A stretch of 64,000 nt of DNA from an uncultured archaeon (GCA_963752955.1 CAVWAD010000002.1:8573-72572), one strand, 5' to 3'. Positions 46,705-56,195 are shown, counted from the stretch's first letter. The notes: generated by a model from the sequence alone, not told the origin. A program made the numbers and translations.

Positions 46705-46967
46705 CTATTTGTACGCGCCGCCACGCCATTCTATGTCGGATACCTCTATCTGCTCGAGGTTCCAGACGACATTGTAAAGTACGCGTATGCCTCTATCCTT
46801 ATCCTGTAGGTGTCGTCCATGCCCTGAAGCTTCTTCACATCGTACAGGCCCGCGGGCACGGCGTCATTCTTGAGCGTCTCAATAAGTTCTTCCGCCCGCT
46901 TCCGGTAATGAATCGGCATCCCTTCCGCCGATTTCTGCGCCCTTTTGGCGACCTTCACCAGGAACAA
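46705..46967 (-). pseudogene. relE: RelE-family toxin with a frameshift
   Basis: Frame A reads ..KKLQGMDDTYRIRIE and then runs into a stop at 46746. The conserved continuation GIRVLYNVVWNLEQIEVSDIEWRGGAYK* is in another frame, ending at 46705. The shift is near 46788-46794. Confidence 0.7.
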
Positions 46968-46971
46968 TAAA

Positions 46972-47172
46972 TCAGCCCGTGCTCTTGAAGAGCCTCTCCG
47001 CAGCCACCCATTCGCCGCGCGCCATCTCCTTCTTGGCCTCCTCTATGGCCTTCAGCTCCCTCTTCGTGGGCTTCGCGGTAGGCAGCAGCATCGCCCTGAG
47101 CCTCATCAACTCGATCTCCACCGAGCCGAGCCTGCCCATCACTTCCTTCATCTCAGTCTGCGTAATCGCCAT
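46972..47172 (-). CDS. antitoxin partner of the decayed relE (66 aa from MAITQ)
   Basis: It lies directly upstream of the toxin, 4 nt away. It has a coiled-coil segment and a KAIEEAKKEMARGE segment. Confidence 0.5.
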   Translation of the reverse strand: MAITQTEMKEVMGRLGSVEIELMRLRAMLLPTAKPTKRELKAIEEAKKEMARGEWVAAERLFKSTG

Positions 47173-47239
47173 GATATTGTTGGGAAAGAGCAAATATTTA
47201 ACATTTGCTTCTTCCTTTGAATCGGAGCGGCGGGCGGCG

Positions 47240-49003
47240 TCAGCTCGCCAGCCTTCCCCCGTTGGGCAGCTCGATCGTGGTGTCGTACTTGTAGCCGATG
47301 CCCAGCTTGACGCACATCTCGGCCTTCGCGAGCTCGGCGCCTATGAACACCGCGTGATCGATCCTCGATATTATGTCGAAGTGCTTTATCTTGTAGAGGA
47401 GCTGCCTGGCGGTCTTGCCCTCCAGCTCGAGCAGAATGCCCCCGGTCTCCGGGTTCTGCAGCTTCAGCTTTATAGTGCCGTCGACGACCACGATGTTGAC
47501 GATCCCCCTGGGGTCCAGGTCCTTCTCCGGCTCGAAGTACATGTTTATGGGCGCGTCGTCGACCCTCTCCTTGATCAGACTCTCGACGGTCTGCCAGTCC
47601 TTCTGGTATACGTGCGCGGACTGGCTCTCTATCACGACGAATCCCGGGCGCTTGCCGGATTCCCTCGCCACCCTCCCCAGCAGCCTGGTTATCCCGTAGA
47701 AGTTGAAGAACCATCCCTGGCAGATGTCGTGGGTTCTCACGAACACGTGCAGGTCCACCCTGTCGTTCCTGACCGAGAAAGAGAATTTCAGCAGGCATGG
47801 CCTGCCTGTCTCGAGCTTCGAATGGTACCTGACGTCCCATAGGATGGCCTCCTTGTCCAGTTCGGAGCTCTTCCTCTTTATCCTGTCTATGACGTTCGCT
47901 ATCTGGTCGGTCTTCGGCATAAGGCCCTCCACCAGTATATCCAGTTTTTCCTTTTCGGGAAGGCCCTTTGCCTCCACCGCCGCGATCAGCGCCTCCGTCC
48001 CGCTCTTGTCCCTCTGGGAGTTGAGCTTCACGAACTCCTTTGCGGCATCGTAGCCCTTCCTCTCGAAGAGATCCTTGATCGTCCTGTCGACCTCATGGGG
48101 TCTCGGGAACGCGTGGAGGAGTTCCGTGTACATGTACGAATAGTCCTTCGGCCTCTCGAACTTGCGGACGCCCTCGAAGATCTGGGTGGTGTATGGCTCG
48201 GCGGTGAACTGGGCCTTGTAATAGTTCTCCAGGCTCTCCTTCGTTATGCCGAGCGCCTTCGTCTTCAGCAGCCAATCGGGCAGGTACACGTCGTCGGGGT
48301 TCTCGTTCTCTATGACGACCACCGCATCCCTTATCTCCTTGACGTCAGATTCGCCTTCGTTGATGGGATGCTTGATCCCGTATTTCCATATGCTGTGCAA
48401 CAGCCTCAGATACGCGTCGGCGCCCTTCTTTTCCCTTATGAGATAGGTGTATCTCTCGGAAGGCAGCATGTCGGGGGCCCTGACTACGAACTCGCTGAAC
48501 CTCACGGGCTCCATGTACTTCGCACCGGATTCCAATTGGAGTTCCTGCGCGTCGGGAGTGGCACCCGAGCCTATATCCTTCAGTTCCACGTTCTTCAGTA
48601 TGCTTGCCAGAACCTTCTTGTCGATCTCGTCGACCAGCCTGAACGGCGTGCCGTTTATCTGCCCTCTATCGTCGAAACCGTTGTTCCAGAGACTGACCAG
48701 AGTATTCTTTCCGGCAATACCGATATCGGTGTTGCTGAGCTTGTCCGCCCCCCACACGACCAGGCGCTTTATCTGCGGGTTCATCGCCAGGTTGTAGAGG
48801 ATTATGTTCACCCCGAAAGGCGACCTCAGGTTGCCGATCAGCGCGAAGGCGTCCTTGAAGGAGGGGTTGGCGTCCATCACGCTCTTGACGTCCTGCCACA
48901 CCACGCACAGCGCGGTGCCGCTGCTGGGGTTCCCGACCACGACAGGGAACTCCACGTTCTTGTACAGCTCCAGGCCGTCAACATTGGAAATGTAATCCAT
49001 CAA
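47240..49003 (-). CDS. thymidylate-synthase-like protein with large N- and C-terminal extensions
   Basis: The core motifs GRPCLLKFSF (P-C nucleophile) and VRTHDICQGWFFNFYG correspond to ThyA PCH.. and RS.D..LG.PFN. The protein is 587 aa, versus about 220-320 aa expected for ThyA. Confidence 0.65.
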   Translation of the reverse strand: MMDYISNVDGLELYKNVEFPVVVGNPSSGTALCVVWQDVKSVMDANPSFKDAFALIGNLRSPFGVNIILYNLAMNPQIKRLVVWGADKLSNTDIGIAGKNTLVSLWNNGFDDRGQINGTPFRLVDEIDKKVLASILKNVELKDIGSGATPDAQELQLESGAKYMEPVRFSEFVVRAPDMLPSERYTYLIREKKGADAYLRLLHSIWKYGIKHPINEGESDVKEIRDAVVVIENENPDDVYLPDWLLKTKALGITKESLENYYKAQFTAEPYTTQIFEGVRKFERPKDYSYMYTELLHAFPRPHEVDRTIKDLFERKGYDAAKEFVKLNSQRDKSGTEALIAAVEAKGLPEKEKLDILVEGLMPKTDQIANVIDRIKRKSSELDKEAILWDVRYHSKLETGRPCLLKFSFSVRNDRVDLHVFVRTHDICQGWFFNFYGITRLLGRVARESGKRPGFVVIESQSAHVYQKDWQTVESLIKERVDDAPINMYFEPEKDLDPRGIVNIVVVDGTIKLKLQNPETGGILLELEGKTARQLLYKIKHFDIISRIDHAVFIGAELAKAEMCVKLGIGYKYDTTIELPNGGRLAS

Positions 49004-49109
49004 ACCACGCGTTCCGATCAGTAGCTTTGATGCTCATTTATTGAGCTTTTTATCCTTAAATATATGCGCATTATGATGTCTTTGCACCTAAATCGACTTA
49101 AAATGCGAA

Positions 49110-49141
49110 TTTTAGGTGCAACTTTCACCTTTTAGGTGCAA
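49110..49141. repeat. 32-bp subterminal direct repeat, left copy
   Basis: TTTTAGGTGCAACTTTCACCTTTTAGGTGCAA is identical to 50484-50515. It contains two TTAGGTGCAA motifs and the palindrome CACCTTTTAGGTG. Confidence 0.95.
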
Positions 49142-49209
49142 GATTAACTTAGATGCAAAGCCGGACCAAGGTATAGTAAAGGATCATTTAAAAACCCAGC
49201 TATGCTATT

Positions 49210-50307
49210 ATGAACATGGCAGTTATAGGGATAGATACCCTATCCATCGATATAAAAAACTCTCAACGTCAGAATGCAAAAGAATCATCTTTTGCATTTA
49301 GAACCATTCTTGGAGTTGGAGTCGTAGTAAATGATTATGAAAAATTTAGATTGGCGTATTCAGAAGCTATATTAAAAGCGTTCAAAACAATTTCATATAC
49401 TGAAAAAGAAAAGGAAGTTTATTGCAATTACGATTTCAGGAAAATATATGAACTTAGCAATGCCCCCGTACATAACTTGTTTTTCAGGGAAATTTCAAAG
49501 CACATAGATGGGCTATATGTCTTTAACACAACTTTTTCAAAATCAACAAAGATGTTTGCCTATAGTGAGATAAGCGAAGAGCTAGGGCATAAGCTTTCTG
49601 AAGACGCATTTGATTTTGATAAGGCAATAAATAAGATAACTGCTTACTTTCCTCTGATTGGAGTATGGTGTGATAGGGACTATCTGCGCGATGAAGTCTC
49701 ACAGATATATATTGATGGAATTACTCCGATACGTTTCAATGGCTGGAGAAACATCCAGCATCTGCCCCTAGAGATTTTATTCGAAGGAGATAAGTGCAAT
49801 GCTGTAATCGCAACCGCGGATATCATTGCATATCTTATTAGTATGAGATTGCGCCAAAAACGGCTAAAATACGGCGAGGATGGATTCAGGGAAGCACTGC
49901 CAGAGCTAAACGATAGATTACGGTATGTTGCTGTTACTCGAGGATTTTTCAAGTATATAAACCCGGTCAGTAATAAAAACTTGAATATTAACAGTTACCT
50001 AAACCATCCCATAATATTCTTATTCAAAGACGAAGCCAAACAAGTTACAACAGAAGTAATTCGTGCATTACCTGGATTCGACTCTGTTTATAATTTTGCT
50101 TTTAGGAAAAATGGGTCTGTTAAATTCTTCGACAAACAAAACGACCAAGGTAAAATCAGAGAGGGCGACTATATAGTTTATTTTTCTGAAGATGGTAAAA
50201 GAGAACTAAGTACAATTAAAGGAGTTATGGGAGAGAACATAAACCTTCTAAGCTTTGACCAAGTGCGCAAAGAAGGTGTTTATAAACATGCCAAACCGCA
50301 AGGATAA
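49210..50307 (+). CDS. uncharacterised 365-aa protein (possible RNase-H-like/DUF3800-like fold)
   Basis: This is an intact AT-rich ORF. The only motif-level hints are the N-terminal VIGIDT and a later NAVIATADIIAYLIS. No confident family assignment was made. Confidence 0.6.
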   Translation: MNMAVIGIDTLSIDIKNSQRQNAKESSFAFRTILGVGVVVNDYEKFRLAYSEAILKAFKTISYTEKEKEVYCNYDFRKIYELSNAPVHNLFFREISKHIDGLYVFNTTFSKSTKMFAYSEISEELGHKLSEDAFDFDKAINKITAYFPLIGVWCDRDYLRDEVSQIYIDGITPIRFNGWRNIQHLPLEILFEGDKCNAVIATADIIAYLISMRLRQKRLKYGEDGFREALPELNDRLRYVAVTRGFFKYINPVSNKNLNINSYLNHPIIFLFKDEAKQVTTEVIRALPGFDSVYNFAFRKNGSVKFFDKQNDQGKIREGDYIVYFSEDGKRELSTIKGVMGENINLLSFDQVRKEGVYKHAKPQG

Positions 50308-50483
50308 TCTTATATAGCCAGACGTTCTGTAAATAATTACGCCATGCACTATACCAGGGGCATGTCTACCTTGCATAGATATGTATGTGGGGCAACGTTC
50401 GCGTTGCCTCACCAGTAAAGTCTCTCTAGTTCGGCGGATTACTAAAAAGCCATTTAAGTACGCTATTTCTTATAGGAGTTCCT

Positions 50484-50515
50484 TTTTAGGTGCAACTTTC
50501 ACCTTTTAGGTGCAA
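50484..50515. repeat. 32-bp subterminal direct repeat, right copy
   Basis: This copy is identical to 49110-49141. Confidence 0.95.
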
Positions 50516-50620
50516 AATCGACTTTAAGTGCAAAGCCCATTATGATATCCACTCCAGAGAGTCGCCACATTACAGAAAGGGATATAAATTCGGGATCAGA
50601 TATTTAACCGTGGCGTTAGG

Positions 50621-51178
50621 ATGATACTTTCAGATAGGGACATAAGAGCGAACATTAATAGCGGCAAGATAAAGGTGGAGCCTTGCGACCTTGAGACGCA
50701 GCTCTCGTCCGTAGGCATAGACCTCAGGCTGGGGAACGAGTTCAGGCTGTTCAAGGTAACGCACAAGTCCCACGTGGACCTCTCGAAGGTCAACACGCAG
50801 ATCGACACGGAGCTCGTTGAGGTGCCGGACGGCGAGACGTTCATGCTGCACCCGGGGGAGTTCGTGCTGGGCATAACGAAGGAGACCGTCGAGCTGCCGG
50901 ACGACATCGCGGCGCGCATAGACGGCAGGTCGAGCCTGGGCAGGCTCGGCATCATCGTCCACTCCACTGCGGGGCACGTGGACCCCGGCTGGAGGGGCAA
51001 GCTCACGCTCGAGATAAGCAACATAGGGAAGCTCCCCATCGCGATAATACCCGGGATGAGGTTCTGCTCCCTGATGTTCGAGAGCCTCAGCTCCCCGGTG
51101 GAGAAGAAGTACAAGGGCAAGTACCTCGACTCCTCGACCCCGCTGTCGTCCAAGATAAACGAGGAGTTCAAGAGATAG
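50621..51178 (+). CDS. dcd: dCTP deaminase (possibly bifunctional dCTP deaminase/dUTPase)
   Basis: MILSDRDI, GIDLRLG, ARIDGRSSLGRLGI and VDPGWRGKLTLEI motifs are present. Confidence 0.9.
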   Translation: MILSDRDIRANINSGKIKVEPCDLETQLSSVGIDLRLGNEFRLFKVTHKSHVDLSKVNTQIDTELVEVPDGETFMLHPGEFVLGITKETVELPDDIAARIDGRSSLGRLGIIVHSTAGHVDPGWRGKLTLEISNIGKLPIAIIPGMRFCSLMFESLSSPVEKKYKGKYLDSSTPLSSKINEEFKR

Positions 51179-51314
51179 CCCCGATCCCGGCCGTAGCGGG
51201 TTCGCACACGCTCGGAATGGATCGATGGGCAGTTTGACCTGCCAGAGAGTCGTTCCTCAGGGATAGCCATATCTAGCTTCAGGCTAGGATTGCGCCTTGG
51301 AATGGGCCTGCCTC

Positions 51315-51602
51315 CTACTTATTCCTGCGCTTGACCTTGCTCCTGCCGTACTTTATCGCGAAGAGTACTATCGCGACAATCACGAACCAGACGACTACGT
51401 CGATAACAAAGCTTGCGGCCTGGAAGCTCCAGGGATTGTACTGCGGCCCGACCACCATGTATATGTTCCAGCTCGCGGGGTAGCCGTACCAGGTTGCGCC
51501 AACCAGCGGATATGGCGTGCTGTTTATCAAGCCCGTAAGAAGAGTTATCAGTAGCCCTCCGATCACCGACAGGACCAGGACCATCGGACTGCCAATCTTC
51601 AT
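51315..51602 (-). CDS. small membrane protein (95 aa, 2-3 TM)
   Basis: The protein has hydrophobic helices and a basic C-terminus. Confidence 0.5.
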   Translation of the reverse strand: MKIGSPMVLVLSVIGGLLITLLTGLINSTPYPLVGATWYGYPASWNIYMVVGPQYNPWSFQAASFVIDVVVWFVIVAIVLFAIKYGRSKVKRRNK

Positions 51603-51624
51603 GGGTTGGGATAGGAAGGATAGT

Positions 51625-52650
51625 TTAAAAAAGCTTCGCGGCGCCAGCGATCTTGAGCCGGCATCCGCACTTCGCGCAGCGCATGCCGCTGCCGAGGTGC
51701 CACTTCAGTATCGAGAGCGAGCCGCGTTCCACCGCTAGCGCGCCGCAGCCGGGGCAGTAGGTGTCCTCGTAGGGGTTGCCGGGGACGTTCCCGATGTAGA
51801 CGTACCTCAGCCCGGCCTTCCGCGCGACGTCGCGGTGCGCCTCCAGCGTCTCGTACGGCGTCGGGGGAATGTCGACCTTGTAGTCGGGATAGAACCTCAG
51901 GAAATGGACGGGCGTGTCCGGCCCGAGATTCCTGAAGATCCACCCGGCGAGCTCGCCGCACGCCTCGAGGGAATCGCCGTCCCGCGGGACCACGAGGTCG
52001 GTGATCTCGATGTGGATGCCCGCCTTGCGCATCGCGGCCAGCGACTCCTTTATGGGCTCGTTCGACGGCACCGCCTCGTACTTCTTCGCGAACCCGGGTT
52101 CCCCGCTGCCCTTGTAGTTCACCACGGCGGCGTCGATCAGGCCCTTCATCGCGCCGACCGCCTCGACCGTCATGAATCCGTTGGTGACCATGACGTTGAA
52201 CAGCCCCTTTTTGTGCGCCTCCCGGGCCACGTCCAGCGCGTACTCCAGGAATATCGTCGGCTCGTTGTAGGTGTAGGCGACGCCCTGCGCGCCGTTGCGC
52301 AGTGCCAGTTCGACGACCTGCGCCGGCGCCAGCTCTTCGCCCGCTATCCCCGTGCTCTTCGATATCTCGTGGTTCTGGCAGAACGAGCACCCGAAGTTGC
52401 ACGACGACGTGCCTATGCTGAAGACCCGCGTCCCGGGCATGAAATGGTTGAACGGCTTCTTCTCGATCGGGTCGACCTGCACGGACGCGAGCGTGCCGTA
52501 GTTCATGAGGTACAGCTTCCCGCCGGAGTTCTGCCTCACGAAGCAGAATCCGTGGCCGCCTTCGGGTATCCTGCAGAGCCTCGCGCAGGCGCGGCACTCT
52601 ACGCCCCCGTTCTGCGTGCTCCTGTAGAGCGTTGCTTCCTTCTTCATCAT
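51625..52650 (-). CDS. AmmeMemoRadiSam-system radical SAM enzyme
   Basis: CRACARLCRIPEGGHGFC, DPIEKKPFNHF and the CNFGCSFCQN (CxxxCxxC) cluster are present. The ATG at 52650 (MMKKEATLY) is preferred. Confidence 0.8.
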   Translation of the reverse strand: MMKKEATLYRSTQNGGVECRACARLCRIPEGGHGFCFVRQNSGGKLYLMNYGTLASVQVDPIEKKPFNHFMPGTRVFSIGTSSCNFGCSFCQNHEISKSTGIAGEELAPAQVVELALRNGAQGVAYTYNEPTIFLEYALDVAREAHKKGLFNVMVTNGFMTVEAVGAMKGLIDAAVVNYKGSGEPGFAKKYEAVPSNEPIKESLAAMRKAGIHIEITDLVVPRDGDSLEACGELAGWIFRNLGPDTPVHFLRFYPDYKVDIPPTPYETLEAHRDVARKAGLRYVYIGNVPGNPYEDTYCPGCGALAVERGSLSILKWHLGSGMRCAKCGCRLKIAGAAKLF

Positions 52651-52803
52651 ATGTATTGGCGCTTCCGAGATATTTAACCTTAATCTCGGAAAACTTAGGT
52701 CACCGGGATTTGCTCGGGGAACCGCACCGAAAGGGGTTCTGAGGAAAAAGGAGAGTACAGAGGGCATCAACACATAATAAGCTGATTTTGTCTATATACC
52801 GCT

Positions 52804-53661
52804 ATGTTGAGCCCGGGATTGGAAATCGCGTTCGGCGCCCTCGCCGCGTACGTCATTGCCGACATGCTTGCGAAGAATGCCTCTGCAAAGCTGGGAGCGC
52901 AGAGATCGGCGCTCGCAAAGGCGGGCTTCCAGCTATTTCCTATGCTGTTGCTGGCATATTTCTTTGGCGTTACGACCCTGAACGCGACAGTAGCGCTCTT
53001 CTCGGTCCTGGCAGGCATTGCGACCGCGCTGACGTGGTTTCTCGTGTATAAGACTCTCGAGACCGAACAGGTGTCCAACACGGTCTCCCTGACGGGGCTA
53101 TCTGCGATAATGATAATCGTGTTCGGTATCCTGATCCTTAAGGAAAACGTGACGGCCGTTGAAGGCCTCAGCATTGTGGCGATTCTGGTCGGGGCGTTCC
53201 TTGCCACGACCAACTCCAGATTCAGATTAAACAGGGGATATGTTCCTGCCATAGCCGCGCAGGCATTTAGCGGCGCGTCCGCCTTCCTTCTGGTTTTTGC
53301 GCTTCAGGCCTCGGGGGGAATCTTCACGCCGCTGATAATCGCGGGCATCGCGGAGTTTGCCACGATGGCGGCATATCTTAAGATACGCCCGCAGAACACC
53401 AAACACCTGAAAACAGCAAATGCTTCCGTCAGGCAACGCGCATACGGCGCTTTTCTAGGGATATTTCAGGGTCTGGGCGGGGTGGGATTCCTTGCCCTTG
53501 CGTACGTAAATTTCTTGGCGGTCGGTTATGCAATAACCGCGACGGAAGGGGGGTTCGTAATCCTTTTGGGATATCTCATTTACAGGGATAGATTCGAGAA
53601 GCACCAGGCAATAGGCCTGATTCTGCTTGTCATCGGGGCCATTGCAATAAGCGTCGCATGA
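52804..53661 (+). CDS. EamA/DMT-family transporter
   Basis: The protein has about 10 TM segments arranged as two EamA-like halves. Confidence 0.7.
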   Translation: MLSPGLEIAFGALAAYVIADMLAKNASAKLGAQRSALAKAGFQLFPMLLLAYFFGVTTLNATVALFSVLAGIATALTWFLVYKTLETEQVSNTVSLTGLSAIMIIVFGILILKENVTAVEGLSIVAILVGAFLATTNSRFRLNRGYVPAIAAQAFSGASAFLLVFALQASGGIFTPLIIAGIAEFATMAAYLKIRPQNTKHLKTANASVRQRAYGAFLGIFQGLGGVGFLALAYVNFLAVGYAITATEGGFVILLGYLIYRDRFEKHQAIGLILLVIGAIAISVA

Positions 53662-56192
53662 ATCTGGTGCTACCCCGGCGAAACAAGTCGGGCCAGCCGT
53701 GTTTTTATTTCTGCACTTTTCATACTCCATTGGATGGGATTCGAGTGGCGGACCAAGGTCGCGAGGGGCTCAGTTTTGCGGAGGCCGGAAGGCGGCTGCT
53801 GAAGTTCGGCCCCAACCGGATCTACAAGCCGACGAAGGTCAGCTTCCTCGGCATAGCGAAGCGCGAGATCACGGAGCCGATGATACTCCTCCTGTTCGTC
53901 GTGGGCGTCATATACAGCGCCTGGGGCAGCCTCGATGACGCGGTCACCATATTCGTGGTGATAACCGCGCTCGTCCTCGCCGAGGTCAACAACGAGTTCA
54001 GGGCCGTCAAGGCCATAACGGCGCTCTCGAAGGTCACCGCTCCCAGGACGAAGGTGATCAGGGACGGCCGCGCGGTCGAGATCGACGCGGAGGAGGTCGT
54101 GCCCGGGGACGTGCTGATCCTGACTCCGGGGACCCGGATTGTCGCCGACGCGAAGATCGTGGAATCGATAGGCCTGCAGCTCGACGAGTCGGCGCTGACC
54201 GGGGAGTCCGTTCCCCTGGACAAGTCAGGCGGCGGCGAGATCTACGCGGGCACCACCGTGTCGTCCGGGGAGGGATCCGCCGTAGTCGCGGTTACGGGAG
54301 CGGGCACCAGGTTCGGCGCGATCGCCAGCGCGGCCAAGGCGGTGAAGCCCCCGCGGACGAAGCTGCAGCTGGAGATGAAGTCGCTCGCCGGGAAGCTCGT
54401 CTACGTCGCCCTGTTCTTCTCCATAGCCATACCGCTGGTCGGCATCGCGCAGGGGCGGAACCTGGAGACCATGATCCTCACCGGGCTGTCGCTGGCCTTC
54501 GCCACCATTCCCGAGGAGCTGCCGATAATAATAACCATGGTGCTCGGCCTGGGCGCGTACACTCTGTCCAGGAACAAGTTCCTGGTCAAGAGCCTGAACT
54601 CGGCGGAGACGCTCGGCACGACGACCGTGATAATCACGGACAAGACGGGAACCATAACCGAGGGCAGGATGAGGATCGCGCTAGTCTACCCCGGGGGCAG
54701 CGAGAAGGAGACCGTCGGGACGGCGCTCAACGCGATATCCGATTACGAAACGTCCTACATGGACCAGGGAATCCGGGACGAGGCCCGGCGGCTGAGAGTA
54801 ACGCCGGTCTCCCGGTCGATCTTCCGCCAGAGGGGCTTCGGGGACGGAAGGAAGACGAAGACGGCCATAAGAAAATCCGGGAAGGGCTACGAACTGTTCA
54901 TGAGCGGCGCGCCCGAGGAGGTGTTCGCGCGATGCAGGAATGTCGGATCTGGGGTCAGGAAAAAGCTGGCCGAGGAGACCGCCAGCGGCAGGAGGGTGAT
55001 CGCCGTCGCCTTCAGGAAGCTCGGGCCCGCCGAGAAGGGCCTCGCCATTCCGAAACTCGAAAAAGGCCTGGAGCTCGCCGGACTCATATGCTTTGAGGAT
55101 CCCGTGAGAAAGGGCGTCGAGGAGACCATACGCGACGTCACGAGGGCGGGGATAAGGACGATGATGATAACAGGGGACCATCCCCTCACCGCCGGATTCA
55201 TAGCCAAGAAGGTCGGCATACCCGCGGGCAGGGTGATGACCGGCGAGGAGCTGGACAAGCTGACCGACGCCGCGCTGCGCAAGACGGTCAGGGAGGTCTT
55301 CGTCTTCGCCAGGGCCACGCCGATGCACAAGTACCGCATAATGCGCGCGCTCCAGAAGAACGGCGAGGTGGTCACCGCGACTGGCGACGGGATCAACGAC
55401 GTGCTGGCGCTGGAGGGCGCCGACATAGGCATAGCGATGGGCATCAAGGGCACCGACGTCGCGAAGGAGGCCGCGGGCGTGGTGCTCGCCGACGACAACT
55501 ACGTGACCATAGCGCAGGGCATCTTCGAGGGCAGGAAGTTCTTCGACAACCTCAGGAAGGGCATAGAGTACTACCTCTCCGTCAAGGTCGCGCTCGTCCT
55601 GATATTCCTCCTGCCGATACTCCTGCTGCTGCCGCTGCCGTTCGCCCCGATACAGATAATCCTGCTTGAGCTCTTCATGGACCTCGCGGCGTCCGCCGGG
55701 TTCGTCGCCGAACCCAAGGAGAGGGACCTCTACTCGAGGCCGCCGCGCGATCCCAGGGAGCCCATATTCAACGGCAGGCTCGTGAAGAGCTTCTTCCTGA
55801 AGGGCGCCGCGCTCTTCGCCGCGGTGATGGTCGCATACCTCTACGCGCTGCACGCGGGCCTCGGGCAGCTGCAGGTCCAGACGTTCGCCTTCTCGGCGTG
55901 GATGATCGGCTACATGGCGCTCGCCTTCGTCTCGCGCTCCGAGAGCGAGCCGCTGCTCTCCCTGGGGCCTTTCTCGAACAGGGTGATCAACATCTGGACG
56001 GCGGCGTCGGCCTGCTTCCTGCTGGCCGCGGTCTATTTCGCGCCGGTCAGCGGCGCCCTGGGCCTGACCGCGATAAGCCCAGCGCAGCTGGCGCTGGTTG
56101 CGGCGTCGACCGTGGTCATCATAGGGCTGCTCGAGGCCAGGAAATACCTGAAGGGAGGCGGAGCCGGGCGCGGGAAGAATCTACGCCAATGA
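53658..56192 (+). CDS. cation-transporting P-type ATPase (P2-like)
   Basis: GLSFAEAGRRLLKFGPN, TGES, IPEELP, ITDKTGTIT (phosphorylation Asp) and TGDGINDVLALEGADIGIAMG motifs are present. The start is uncertain: ATG at 53658 overlapping the upstream stop (ATGA), or TTG 53730, or GTG 53745. Confidence 0.9.
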   Translation: MNLVLPRRNKSGQPCFYFCTFHTPLDGIRVADQGREGLSFAEAGRRLLKFGPNRIYKPTKVSFLGIAKREITEPMILLLFVVGVIYSAWGSLDDAVTIFVVITALVLAEVNNEFRAVKAITALSKVTAPRTKVIRDGRAVEIDAEEVVPGDVLILTPGTRIVADAKIVESIGLQLDESALTGESVPLDKSGGGEIYAGTTVSSGEGSAVVAVTGAGTRFGAIASAAKAVKPPRTKLQLEMKSLAGKLVYVALFFSIAIPLVGIAQGRNLETMILTGLSLAFATIPEELPIIITMVLGLGAYTLSRNKFLVKSLNSAETLGTTTVIITDKTGTITEGRMRIALVYPGGSEKETVGTALNAISDYETSYMDQGIRDEARRLRVTPVSRSIFRQRGFGDGRKTKTAIRKSGKGYELFMSGAPEEVFARCRNVGSGVRKKLAEETASGRRVIAVAFRKLGPAEKGLAIPKLEKGLELAGLICFEDPVRKGVEETIRDVTRAGIRTMMITGDHPLTAGFIAKKVGIPAGRVMTGEELDKLTDAALRKTVREVFVFARATPMHKYRIMRALQKNGEVVTATGDGINDVLALEGADIGIAMGIKGTDVAKEAAGVVLADDNYVTIAQGIFEGRKFFDNLRKGIEYYLSVKVALVLIFLLPILLLLPLPFAPIQIILLELFMDLAASAGFVAEPKERDLYSRPPRDPREPIFNGRLVKSFFLKGAALFAAVMVAYLYALHAGLGQLQVQTFAFSAWMIGYMALAFVSRSESEPLLSLGPFSNRVINIWTAASACFLLAAVYFAPVSGALGLTAISPAQLALVAASTVVIIGLLEARKYLKGGGAGRGKNLRQ

Positions 56193-56195
56193 AGT

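Larger units (their letters stand above)
49081..50537 (+). mobile_element. candidate novel single-gene AT-rich insert
   Basis: The imperfect terminal inverted repeats are TTTGCACCTAAATCGACTT (49081-49099) and the reverse complement of 50516-50534, TTTGCACTTAAAGTCGATT. The flanking direct repeat is CATTATGATGTC (49069-49080) and CATTATGATATC (50538-50549). Hand counts give about 30% G+C for a line inside the insert versus more than 60% in the flanks. Confidence 0.45.

Noticed and set aside
49081-50537. CRISPR array or replication origin explaining the TTAGGTGCAA repeats
   Set aside because: There are only two 32-bp copies, separated by an intact 1.1-kb ORF rather than regularly spaced short spacers. 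No leader or cas genes are present. No Orc1/Cdc6 gene or ORB-like sequence is adjacent, and the AT-rich stretch is coding.
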